Of a stretch of DNA of 64,000 bases, positions 1-12,000 are shown piece after piece; positions within the stretch are counted from its first letter, which is position 1, and each line of letters begins with the position of its first letter. The DNA is from Eimeria praecox. Taxonomy: Eukaryota. Position numbers and translations under genes: made by a program. The stretch spans positions 124,001 through 188,000 of the forward strand of contig OY986946.1 of assembly GCA_963920595.1 (NCBI GenBank), read 5' to 3'. A model generated the notes under the pieces. That model was not told the origin of the DNA. It saw nothing but the letters and a program-made list of their open reading frames with translations, and searched no databases.

Positions 1-3000
1 GCAGCAACTTGACCAATCGCGTCAAGAAGATGAAATTTCGTTGTACCCATTAGACAGGCTGAAAACTGTTCGAGCACAGAACGCTTTGTTTCTTCGCAGC
101 CCTGGGAGCTAACCATGTGCTTACTCTCTGGCAAGACCAGCACGTGATCGCAATTTCAGAGAAGGCCACTCTGCACTAAACCCGTCAGCGCACTTAGGAG
201 AAATACCCAATTGCATGATGCGCACGCATGCAGAAGCCCTAACTCTTAGCCATACATTGCGTATACATCTATGGGCTGGAGGAGCTGCTTTCAACGAGGC
301 CAACCGAGCCAAGCCAAAGCTTAATACCAAATTCAAAACGATGCGGCTGGCTGCACCCGAAGGGTCCTTCTCAAGTTGTTCGCTTCTGCTCAGAAAGCCA
401 ACCCAGCACGTTTCGGAAGTATCCAGCGCATGCAAAGTGAAGGCCTGCATATTCCGTGCCTCTGACTAGCATCTGGAGTGCTGCGAACAGTGTCGTACGA
501 GGTGTCAAGCTCGAACGAAAATGAGCGACATGCTTGTAGGCGGCACGCATTGAGGACGCACCAAAGTTCAGTTATTCTAGCCATACAGCAAGCATCAACC
601 GTCGCTAGAGGTTTGGCTTCCTTTTTTATTACCCGGTGCTGTGGAATGCGTTACAGATTCCGCGTTATTTTTTGCAAGCGCCATGAACGTTTACACATGC
701 CATGCTGCCCGCGGCGTCGGAAGCGGTCCGCGCTTTGCTACTCTACCCTTCCACCGAACAACGCCAACAAATATGGCCTAGCCAATCGCCGACATCATTT
801 GCTATATCTGCCCTGTCTGACAAAAGCATATCGCGTATCAAAAGACCCTGCTACAGTAGGGGCTAAAGAGGCTCAGTGATGATGCAAAACGAATTCCTAC
901 TTCTCATAAGGCAAATCTATTACTCTGCCCACAGATGCATACGCATCAATTCTTGTCATCAGTCGCAACTGTAACAGTATCAAGGGAAGTGACAAATGTA
1001 TAAACTTGCTACTGCGTGCACACTTCCTGCAAGAACAGAGAGCAATAGGAACAGCGGAAGAGGCTTTGCAACACCGTGAGAATACTTACTTGCAAACAAG
1101 CTACGCAGACCGCGATGCACACTCATGGGAGCTCGCTAACTTTCCGCCCAATAGTGCACATACTCCTACATGCAAACAAAGCTGATTTCAACCAGCACAA
1201 GCAAACGACGCCCACGCTCACCACCAACCACAAAAATGCTCATTGCATTTGACTTACCTTGTGTTCTCATCGAGCTGCTTCCTGCTGACAGACCACCGGT
1301 GATACGGAAGTTTAGCTGTTAGGAAGGTATAGCACTCACGTGGATTAAGGGGCTTCATAGCAATCGCCCCCCATTAGTGAATGGCGCTACCAGCTGGTGG
1401 CTGGGAGACTGCGGCCTTGAGGGAATACCAGCAACACATTTGGAGGCCCCGCCTACTTCAAACGCAAAACAGGTTAAATACTCTTGATAAACCAGAATGA
1501 CAAGCCTTCACTACGAGTTCCACCTTATGTGCTACTTAATAGCTTTACGTGGGCTGCCGTTTTGACATCCTCTTGTGCAAGCGCCCGTCCGGATCTACGC
1601 AAGCACAGTGTTCGAGTGTTGGCCGGCCCATAAGGGCCATACGGGCCCTTCCCTGTTCCCACTCTCCGCGGCAGAGCTGCTGTTACACATCCCCGGAGTA
1701 CACACCAATAATACTGAACCGGTGTAGCACAAGTCATCGAGTTAGCACGGTTTCCTCCTTCCACGTGTTGTGCTGCACATCTACTGTCCCATCGATTCAC
1801 TCACATCGCTTGTACTGAAAGACCCTGCCCCGCAAGCGCAGGTCACGTATCGAAACTCCTCGCTCCAGTAAAACCCCAAAGAAACCATGGCTGAAACAAC
1901 GCGAATTCGCGCTTCTTCTAGCACTGCATCTCCCCAAATATGCGCGCATGCAGATACACCGATGCTTGTCATCAAGTAAGCTGAAACCTATCCACACCCA
2001 AGACCGCGCCGAGCTGACACTTTTGTTTCTAGCTGCGTACTTTCTGGGAGCACCAGTGCTCGCTTGTACTGTTACCAAAGGCCTTGCCGCACCTAGCCCC
2101 TGCAGGCGCGCACACAGACTACAGAACCATACGATGCTCACACGTGCAGGCCCGATAGCTCTTTGCCAAACTATGCGAATATACCAATCTGCGAACGTAG
2201 GTATATTTGGTCAGCACAGCGAGACTAAGCGAAAGCTTGACGCGAATTGCCAGACGATGCAGCTGGGTGCCCGGGGCGTGTTTTTCGGTGTTTGCCGCAT
2301 CCTTCTGCAAGAACAACGGTGCGTGTAGACGTTGCAGACATTCTGGAGACATTAAGCGCGTGCAGGCCCAGCGTCCGCTTCCCGTTTTCCTCTGTTGCAC
2401 TGCTATCAGTTGCTTGCTGTGAAATTCCAAGCTCGAACGAAAAGGAGTACCACAGTCATAGGGCCAACCTGCCACACACAAAAAGCAAGCTAAGTATTCT
2501 TGCCAATGAAGAAACATCCACCTGCGTTGCTTGTTCCCCGTTCGTCTGTGTTATCCAGTGGCTGCCCAACGAGTTCCGGGTTCTGCTATTTGTTACGCAG
2601 GCGCCAAGCGGACGTACATAACTTGTGTCCTTGGCGCCTTCGGGGGCTGCTCGGCATTCGCTATTCTTGTCGTTCCAGAACAACAGCCATCACACATAAC
2701 CCAGCTGACCCTCAATGCTACGGAGCCTTTAGCGCACGCCCCAAGCCCCCGCGTAGTTACAGCACTCTCCAACCACATATGGCTTTCACATATACCGCCT
2801 CGTCAATTAGCTGATGTCATCTACCAAGCCATACTCCGTCTGGGAAATGCAGATCGCTTTTCCCAACCCAGCATCCCTGTAATAGCCAACGTAAAACAAG
2901 GTTATAGCCACAGGAGCGCCCTACAGCTCCTCTACGTGCAGCTCCAGAAATCTACAAGCGCCTATAGGCGCACCCGTGCCTCGCCTAAGAAGGCGTCAAT

Positions 3001-3001
3001 G
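1..3001. repeat. Representative 3001-bp unit composed of three diverged ~1-kb monomers (A, B, C)
   Basis: Homologous blocks recur three times per unit. Core motif: gcttactctctgg (119), gcacacttcctgc (1018), gcgtactttctgg (2035). Second block: gctgctttcaacgag...aagcttaatacc (~283), gctgatttcaaccag...acgctcaccacc (~1181), ggtatatttggtcag...aagcttgacgcg (~2200). Third block: agttcagttattctagcc (~566), aggttaaatactcttgat (~1471), aagctaagtattcttgcc (~2487). Confidence 0.85.
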
Positions 3002-4823
3002 GCAGCAACTTGACCAATCGCGTCAAGAAGATGAAATTTCGTTGTACCCATTAGACAGGCTGAAAACTGTTCGAGCACAGAACGCTTTGTTTCTTCGCAG
3101 CCCTGGGAGCTAACCATGTGCTTACTCTCTGGCAAGACCAGCACGTGATCGCAATTTCAGAGAAGGCCACTCTGCACTAAACCCGTCAGCGCACTTAGGC
3201 CAACGATCCACAGACGCGCCGCGAAGCACGAACGGGCCCGCGCAGCTCTGACCGACGATGAACACACTGGCACTATACACTCAGTCCTCATAGCCAGTCC
3301 TTTCCCCGAAGTTACGGATCCATTTTACCGACTTCCTTTATCTACGTTCTTCTATCGACCAGGGGCTGCTAACCCTGGAGACATGAACCGGTTAATGGTA
3401 CGGCCAGGGGTGTAAATAACACCTTTCCCCCCTCTTTTCAAGGTCCGTCAGAAGCGCACCAGATTCCCTGCAAGCCAGGAAGCTTTATCAACCAGTCACC
3501 CCTATCTCCAGATAACCTGGTTCCAGGGTAAGCTACTAAAGAGGTTGGTAAAAAGCAAAAACAACGCTTCGCGGGGCTCCCGCCTGCGTCGAGGATTTCA
3601 TTCACGTTACTGTGCAGTATCCGCGTCCTGGCTCAGGACTATTATCCTGATTCCCTTTCGCGAAATACGAGGGCAATAAAGCCCCGCAATTCCCGCAGTC
3701 AAGCGTTCGCTTAGGACAGGCTAAGCCATGTCCAATTGCTGCTCACTTGGAGCCCTTCTTCACTTCAGTCTTCAAAGTTCTCATTTGCATATTTGCTACT
3801 GCCACCAAGATCTGCACTAGAGACCGTTCCATACAGGCTCACGCCCAATGCTTCGCTACCATCCCCACGTCTTCCTACTCATTATCGCAAAAGGTCCAGT
3901 GCTAAAAATTTGCAATAATGGCCTGGTATCGGCAGCTGCCTGTAGCGCCATCCATTTTCAGGGCTGGTTCATTCGGCAGGTAAGTTGTTACACCCTTCTG
4001 CACTTACATTTCGACCCCCATGACCACCGTCCTGCTGTAAAAAATGAACCATCACCTTGTATGGTGTCTGATGAGCGAAACTTTACGCGCCTTAATAAAG
4101 CGTTAGAAGAATCCCTCATCCCCAGTTCTGCTTGCCGAAAATCGCCCACTTTGAGTTCATATTAACTCCAGCAGTTCAAGGAAGTAACCACTGGATCTTA
4201 CCCATTTAACCTTTGAGAATAGGTCGAGGGCAACGCTGACCGGAGGCCTCTAATCATTCGCTTTACCTGATGAAACTAACTGAACTCCAGTCCAGCTATC
4301 CTGAGAGGCACCTCGGAAGAAACCAGATGTCAGACGGTTCGATTAGTCTTTTGCCCCTATATCCAACTTTAACGAACGATTTGCAAGTCAGTATCGCTAC
4401 GACCTTCTTTCATATATACCGCGTCGTCAATTAGCTGATGTCATCTATCGAGCGATACTCCGTCTGGGAAATGCATATCGCTTTTCCCAACCCAGCATCC
4501 CTGTAATAGCCAACGTAAAACAAGGTTATAGCCACAGGAGGGCCCTACAGCTCCTCTACGTGCAGCTCCAGAAATCTACAAGCGCCTATACGCGCACCCA
4601 TGCCTCGCCTAAGAAGGCGTCAATGGCAGCAACTTGACCAATCGCGTCAAGAAGATGAAATTTCGTTGTACCCATTAGACAGGCTGAAAACTGTTCGAGC
4701 ACAGAACGCTTTGTTTCTTCGCAGCCCTGGGAGCTAACCATGTGCTTACTCTCTGGCAAGACCAGCACGTGATCGCAATTTCAGAGAAGGCCACTCTGCA
4801 CTAAACCCGTCAGCGCACTTAGG
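2783..4823. repeat. 417-bp direct repeats (2783-3199 and 4407-4823) bracketing the rDNA fragment; the same arrangement surrounds all five rDNA copies
   Basis: ctttca(c/t)atataccgc...gcacttagg is present on both sides at offset 1624, and 1207 + 417 = 1624. Confidence 0.93.
3200..4406 (-). pseudogene. Degenerate internal fragment (1207 bp) of eukaryotic 28S/LSU rRNA, copy 1
   Basis: The + strand carries reverse complements of LSU core motifs: cccgaagttacggatccatttt, ctactgccaccaagatctgcac (LR7 primer region), gcgccatccattttcagggct...gttgttacac, tatcctgagag (LR5 region), ggttcgattagtctt. It is truncated at both ends, has substitutions at normally invariant positions, and has no 18S, 5.8S or ITS nearby. 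Confidence 0.95.
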
Positions 4824-7800
4824 AGAAATACCCAATTGCATGATGCGCACGCATGCAGAAGCCCTAACTCTTAGCCATACATTGCGTATACATCTATGGG
4901 CTGGAGGAGCTGCTTTCAACGAGGCCAACCGAGCCAAGCCAAAGCTTAATACCAAATTCAAAACGATGCGGCTGGCTGCACCCGAAGGGTCCTTCTCAAG
5001 TTGTTCGCTTCTGCTCAGAAAGCCAACCCAGCACGTTTCGGAAGTATCCAGCGCATGCAAAGTGAAGGCCTGCATATTCCGTGCCTCTGACTAGCATCTG
5101 GAGTGCTGCGAACAGTGTCGTACGAGGTGTCAAGCTCGAACGAAAATGAGCGACATGCTTGTAGGCGGCACGCATTGAGGACGCACCAAAGTTCAGTTAT
5201 TCTAGCCATACAGCAAGCATCAACCGTCGCTAGAGGTTTGGCTTCCTTTTTTATTACCCGGTGCTGTGGAATGCGTTACAGATTCCGCGTTATTTTTTGC
5301 AAGCGCCATGAACGTTTACACATGCCATGCTGCCCGCGGCGTCGGAAGCGGTCCGCGCTTTGCTACTCTACCCTTCCACCGAACAACGCCAACAAATATG
5401 GCCTAGCCAATCGCCGACATCATTTGCTATATCTGCCCTGTCTGACAAAAGCATATCGCGTATCAAAAGACCCTGCTACAGTAGGGGCTAAAGAGGCTCA
5501 GTGATAATGCAAAACGAATTCCTACTTCTCATAAGGCAAATCTATTACTCTGCCCACAGACGCATACGCATCAATTCTTGTCATCAGTCGCAACTGTAAC
5601 AGTATCAAGGGAAGTGACAAATGTATAAACTTGCTACTGCGTGCACACTTCCTGCAAGAACAGAGAGCAATAGGAACAGCGGAAGAGGCTTTGCAACACC
5701 GTGAGAATACTTACTTGCAAACAAGCTACGCAGACCGCGATGAACACTCATGGGAGCTCGCTAACTTTCCGCCCAATAGTGCACATACTCCTACATGCAA
5801 ACAAAGCTGATTTCAACCAGCACAAGCAAACGACGCCCACGCTCACCACCAACCACAAAAATGCTCATTGCATTTGACTTACCTTGTGTTCTCATCGAGC
5901 TGCTTCCTGCTGACAGACCACCGGTGATACGGAAGTTTAGCTGTTAGGAAGGTATAGCACTCACGTGGATTAAGGGGCTTCATAGCAATCGCCCCCCATT
6001 AGTGAATGGCGCTACCAGCTGGTGGCTGGGAGACTGCGGCCTTGAGGGAATACCAGCAACACATTTGGAGGCGCCGCCTACTTCAAACGCAAAACAGGTT
6101 AAATACTCTTGATAAACCAGAATGACAAGCCTTCACTACGAGTTCCACCTTATGTGCTACTTAATAGCTTTACGTGGGCTGCCGTTTTGACATCCTCTTG
6201 TGCAAGCGCCCGTCCGGATCTACGCAAGCACAGTGTTCGAGTGTTGGCCGCCCCATAAGGGCCATACGGGCCCTTCCCTGTTCCCACTCTCCGCGGCAGA
6301 GCTGCTGTTACACATCCCCGGAGTACACACCAATAATACTGAACCGGTGTAGCACAAGTCATCGAGTTAGCACGGTTTCCTCCTTCCACGTGTTGTGCTG
6401 CACATCTACTGTCCCATCGATTCACTCACATCGCTTGTACTGAAAGACCCTGCCCCGCAAGCGCAGGTCACGTATCGAAACTCCTCGCTCCAGTAAAACC
6501 CCAAAGAAACCATGGCTGAAACAACGCGAATTCGCGCTTCTTCTAGCACTGCATCTCCCCAAATATGCGCGCATGCAGATACACCGATGCTTGTCATCAA
6601 GTAAGCTGAAACCTATCCACACCCAAGACCGCGCCGAGCTGACACTTTTGTTTATAGCTGCGTACTTTCTGGGAGCACCAGTGCTCGCTTGTACTGTTAC
6701 CAAAGGCCTTGCCGCACCTAGCCCCTGCAGGCGCGCACACAGACTACAGAACCATACGATGCTCACACGTGCAGGCCCGATAGCTCTTTGCCAAACTATG
6801 CGAATATACCAATCTGCGAACGTAGGTATATTTGGTCAGCACAGCGAGACTAAGCGAAAGCTTGACGCGAATTGCCAGACGATGCAGCTGGGTGCCCGGG
6901 GCGTGTTTTTCGGTGTTTGCCGCATCCTTCTGCAAGAACAACGGTGCGTGTAGACGTTGCAGACATTCTGGAGACATTAAGCGCGTGCAGGCCCAGCGTC
7001 CGCTTCCCGTTTTCCTCTGTTGCACTGCTATCAGTTGCTTGCTGTGAAATTCCAAGCTCGAACGAAAAGGAGTACCACAGTCATAGGGCCAACCTGCCAC
7101 ACACAAAAAGCAAGCTAAGTATTCTTGCCAATGAAGAAACATCCACCTGCGTTGCTTGTTCCCCGTTCGTCTGTGTTATCCAGTGGCTGCCCAACGAGTT
7201 CCGGGTTCTGCTATTTGTTACGCAGGCGCCAAGCGGACGTACATAACTTGTGTCCTTGGCGCCTTCGGGGGCTGCTCGGCATTCGCTATTCTTGTCGTTC
7301 CAGAACAACAGCCATCACACATAACCCAGCTGACCCTCAATGCTACGGAGCCTTTAGCGCACGCCCCAAGCCCCCGCGTAGTTACAGCACTCTCCAACCA
7401 CATATGGCTTTCACATATACCGCCTCGTCAATTAGCTGATGTCATCTACCAAGCCATACTCCGTCTGGGAAATGCAGATCGCTTTTCCCAACCCAGCATC
7501 CCTGTAATAGCCAACGTAAAACAAGGTTATAGCCACAGGAGCGCCCTACAGCTCCTCTACGTGCAGCTCCAGAAATCTACAAGCGCCTATAGGCGCACCC
7601 GTGCCTCGCCTAAGAAGGCGTCAATGGCAGCAACTTGACCAATCGCGTCAAGAAGATGAAATTTCGTTGTACTCATTAGACAGGCTGAAAACTGTTCGAG
7701 CACAGAACGCTTTGTTTCTTCGCAGCCCTGGGAGCTAACCATGTGCTTACTCTCTGGCAAGACCAGCACGTGATCGCAATTTCAGAGAAGGCCACTCTGC

Positions 7801-7824
7801 GCTAAACCCGTCAGCGCACTTAGG

Positions 7825-9031
7825 CCAACGATCCACAGACGCGCCGCGAAGCACGAACGGGCCCGCGCAGCTCTGACCGACGATGAACACACTGGCGCTA
7901 TACACTCAGTCCTCATAGCCAGTCCTTTCCCCGAAGTTACGGATCCATTTTACCGACTTCCTTTATCTACGTTCTTCTATCGACCAGGGGCTGCTAACCC
8001 TGGAGACATGAACCGGTTAATGGTACGGCCAGGGGTGTAAATAACACCTTTCCCCCCTCTTTTCAAGGTCCGTCAGAAGCGCACCAGATTCCCTGCAAGC
8101 CAGGAAGCTTTATCAACCAGTCAACCCTATCTCCAGATAACCTGGTTCCAGGGTAAGCTACTAAAGAGGTTGGTAAAAAGCAAAGACAACGCTTCGCGGG
8201 GCTCCCGCCTGCGTCGAGGATTTCATTCACGTTACTGTGCAGTATCCGCGTCCTGGCTCAGGACTATTATCCTGATTCCCTTTCGCGAAATACGAGGGCA
8301 ATAAAGCCCCGCAATTCCCGCAGTCAAGCGTTCGCTTAGGACAGGCTAAGCCATGTCCAATTGCTGCTCACTTGGAGCCCTTCTTCACTTCAGTCTTCAA
8401 AGTTCTCATTTGCATATTTGCTACTGCCACCAAGATCTGCACTAGAGACCGTTCCATACAGGCTCACGCCCAATGCTTCGCTACCATCCCCACGTCTTCC
8501 TACTCATTATCGCAAAAGGTCCAGTGCTAAAAATTTGCAATAATGGCCTGGTATCGGCAGCTGCCTGTAGCGCCATCCATTTTCAGGGCTGGTTCATTCG
8601 GCAGGTAAGTTGTTACACCCTTCTGCACTTACATTTCGACCCCCATGACCACCGTCCTGCTGTAAAAAATGAACCATCACCTTGTATGGTGTCTGATGAG
8701 CGAAACTTTACGCGCCTTAATAAAGCGTTAGAAGAATCCCTCATCCCCAGTTCTGCTTGCCGAAAATCGCCCACTTTGAGTTCATATTAACTCCAGCAGT
8801 TCAAGGAAGTAACCACTGGATCTTACCCATTTAACCTTTGAGAATAGGTCGAGGGCAACGCTGACCGGAGGCCTCTAATCATTCGCTTTACCTGATGAAA
8901 CTAACTGAACTCCAGTCCAGCTATCCTGAGAGGCACCTCGGAAGAAACCAGATGCCAGACGGTTCGATTAGTCTTTTGCCCCTATATCCAACTTTAACGA
9001 ACGATTTGCAAGTCAGTATCGCTACGACCTT
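7825..9031 (-). pseudogene. 28S/LSU rRNA fragment, copy 2
   Basis: Near-identical to 3200-4406 (offset 4625), with the same junctions. Confidence 0.95.
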
Positions 9032-12000
9032 CTTTCATATATACCGCGTCGTCAATTAGCTGATGTCATCTATCGAGCGATACTCCGTCTGGGAAATGCA
9101 TATCGCTTTTCCCAACCCAGCATCCCTGTAATAGCCAACGTCAAACAAGGTTATAGCCACAGGAGCGCCCTACAGCTCATCTACGTGCAGCTCCAGAAAT
9201 CTACAAGCGCCTATACGCGCACCCATGCCTCGCCTAAGAAGGCGTCAATGGCAGCAACTTGACCAATCGCGTCAAGAAGATGAAATTTCGTTGTACCCAT
9301 TAGACAGGCTGAAAACTGTTCGAGCACAGAACGCTTTGTTTCTTCGCAGCCCTGGGAGCTAACCATGTGCTTACTCTCTGGCAAGACCAGCACGTGATCG
9401 CAATTTCAGAGAAGGCCACTCTGCACTAAACCCGTCAGCGCACTTAGGAGAAATACCCAATTGCATGATGCGCACGCATGCAGAAGCCCTAACTCTTAGC
9501 CATACATTGCGTATACATCTATGGGCTGGAGGAGCTGCTTTCAACGAGGCCAACCGAGCCAAGCCAAAGCTTAATACCAAATTCAAAACGATGCGGCTGG
9601 CTGCACCCGAAGGGTCCTTCTCAAGTTGTTCGCTTCTGCTCAGAAAGCCAACCCAGCACGTTTCGGAAGTATCCAGCGCATGCAAAGTGAAGGCCTGCAT
9701 ATTCCGTGCCTCTGACTAGCATCTGGAGTGCTGCGAACAGTGTCGTACGAGGTGTCAAGCTCGAACGAAAATGAGCGACATGCTTGTAGGCGGCACGCAT
9801 TGAGGACGCACCAAAGTTCAGTTATTCTAGCCATACAGCAAGCATCAACCGTCGCTAGAGGTTTGGCTTCCTTTTGTATTACCCGGTGCTGTGGAATGCG
9901 TTACAGATTCCGCGTTATTTTTTGCAAGCGCCATGAACGTTTACACATGCCATGCTGCCCGCGGCGTCGGAAGCGGTCCGCGCTTTGCTACTCTACCCTT
10001 CCACCGAACAACGCCAACAAATATGGCCTAGCCAATCGCCGACATCATTTGCTATATCTGCCCTGTCTGACAAAAGCATATCGCGTATCAAAAGACCCTG
10101 CTACAGTAGGGGCTAAAGAGGCTCAGTGATAATGCAAAACGAATTCCTACTTCTCATAAGGCAAATCTATTACTCTGCCCACAGATGCATACGCATCAAT
10201 TCTTGTCATCAGTCGGAACTGTAACAGTATCAAGGGAAGTGACAAATGTATAAACTTGCTACTGCGTGCACACTTCCTGCAAGAACAGAGAGCAATAGGA
10301 ACAGCGGAAGAGGCTTTGCAACACCGTGAGAATACTTACTTGCAAACAAGCTACGCAGACCGCGATGCACACTCATGGGAGCTCGCTAACTTTCCGCCCA
10401 ATAGTGCACATACTCCTACATGCAAACAAAGCTGATTTCAACCAGCACAAGCAAACGACGCCCACGCTCACCACCAACCACAAAAATGCTCATTGCATTT
10501 GACTTACCTTGTGTTCTCATCGAGCTGCTTCCTGCTGACAGACCACCGGTGATACGGAAGTTTAGCTGTTAGGAAGGTATAGCACTCACGTGGATTAAGG
10601 GGCTTCATAGCAATCGCCCCCCATTAGTGAATGGCGCTACCATCTGGTGGCTGGGAGACTGCGGCCTTGAGGGAATACCAGCAACACATTTGGAGGCGCC
10701 GCCTACTTCAAACGCAAAACAGGTTAAATACTCTTGATAAACCAGAATGACAAGCCTTCACTACGAGTTCCACCTTATGTGCTACTTAATAGCTTTACGT
10801 GGGCTGCCGTTTTGACATCCTCTTGTGCAAGCGCCCGTCCGGATCTACGCAAGCACAGTGTTCGAGTGTTGGCCGGCCCATAAGGGCCATACGGGCCCTT
10901 CCCTGTTCCCACTCTCCGCGGCAGAGCTGCTGTTACACATCCCCGGAGTACACACCAATAATACTGAACCGGTGTAGCACAAGTCATCGAGTTAGCACGG
11001 TTTCCTCCTTCCACGTGTTGTGCTGCACATCTACTGTCCCATCGATTCACTCACATCGCTTGTAATGAAAGACCCTGCCCCGCAAGCGCAGGTCACGTAT
11101 CGAACCTCCTCGCTCCAGTAAAACCCCAAAGAAACCATGGCTGAAACAACGCGAATTCGCGCTTCTTCTAGCACTGCATCTCCCCGAATATGCGCGCATG
11201 CAGATACACCGATGCTTGTCATCAAGTAAGCTGAAACCTATCCACACCCAAGACCGCGCCGAGCAGACATTCTTGGTTCCAGCTGCGTACTTCCTGAGAG
11301 CACCAGTGCTCGCTTGTACTGTTACCAAAGGCCTTGCCGCATCTAGCCCCTGCAGGCGCGCACACAGACTACAGAACCATACGATGCTCACACGTGCAGG
11401 CCCGATAGCTCTTTGCCAAACTATGCGAATATACCAATCTGCGAACGTAGGTATATTTGGTCAGCACAGCGAGACTAAGCGAAAGCTTGACGCGAATTGC
11501 CAGACGATGCAGCTGGGTGCCCGGGGCGTGTTTTTCGGTGTTTGCCGCATCCTTCTGCAAGAACAACGGTGCGTGTAGACGTTGCAGACATTCTGGAGAC
11601 ATTAAGCGCGTGCAGGCCCAGCGTCCGCTTCCCTTTTTCCTCTGTTGCACTGCTATCAGTTGCTTGCTGTGAAATTCCAAGCTCGAACGAAAAGGAGTAC
11701 CACAGTCATAGGGCCAACCTGCCACACACAAAAAGCAAGCTAAGTATTCTTGCCAATGAAGAAACATCCACCTGCGTTGCTTGTTCCCCGTTCGTCTGTG
11801 TTATCCAGTGGCTGCCCAACGAGTTCCGGGTTCTGCTATTTGTTACGCAGGCGCCAAGCGGACGTACATAACTTGTGTCCTTGGCGCCTTCGGGGGCTGC
11901 TCGGCATTCGCTATTCTTGTCGTTCCAGAACAACAGCCATCACACATAACCCAGCTGACCCTCAATGCTACGGAGCCTTTAGCGCACGCTCCAAGCCCCC

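Noticed and set aside
215..469. Ankyrin-like look of LRIHL..(N)GADFN in the + strand consensus
   Set aside because: There is no TPLH motif and no 33-aa periodicity; the match occurs once per ~1 kb.
3736..4165. ORFs MLLTWSPSSLQSSKF... and MLRYHPHVFLL... and their copies
   Set aside because: These are antisense translations of 28S rRNA sequence, a well-known source of spurious proteins.
3200..4406. Functional rDNA array or R2-type retrotransposon insertion in 28S
   Set aside because: Only an internal LSU fragment with lesions in conserved motifs is present. There is no SSU, 5.8S or ITS, and no reverse transcriptase ORF. The rDNA is the insert here, not the target.
2783..4823. 417-bp direct repeats as LTRs or target-site duplications of a mobile element
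   Set aside because: They have no TG...CA ends, primer-binding site or polypurine tract, and they are ordinary parts of the tandem unit. Replacement of the interior of one unit explains them more simply.
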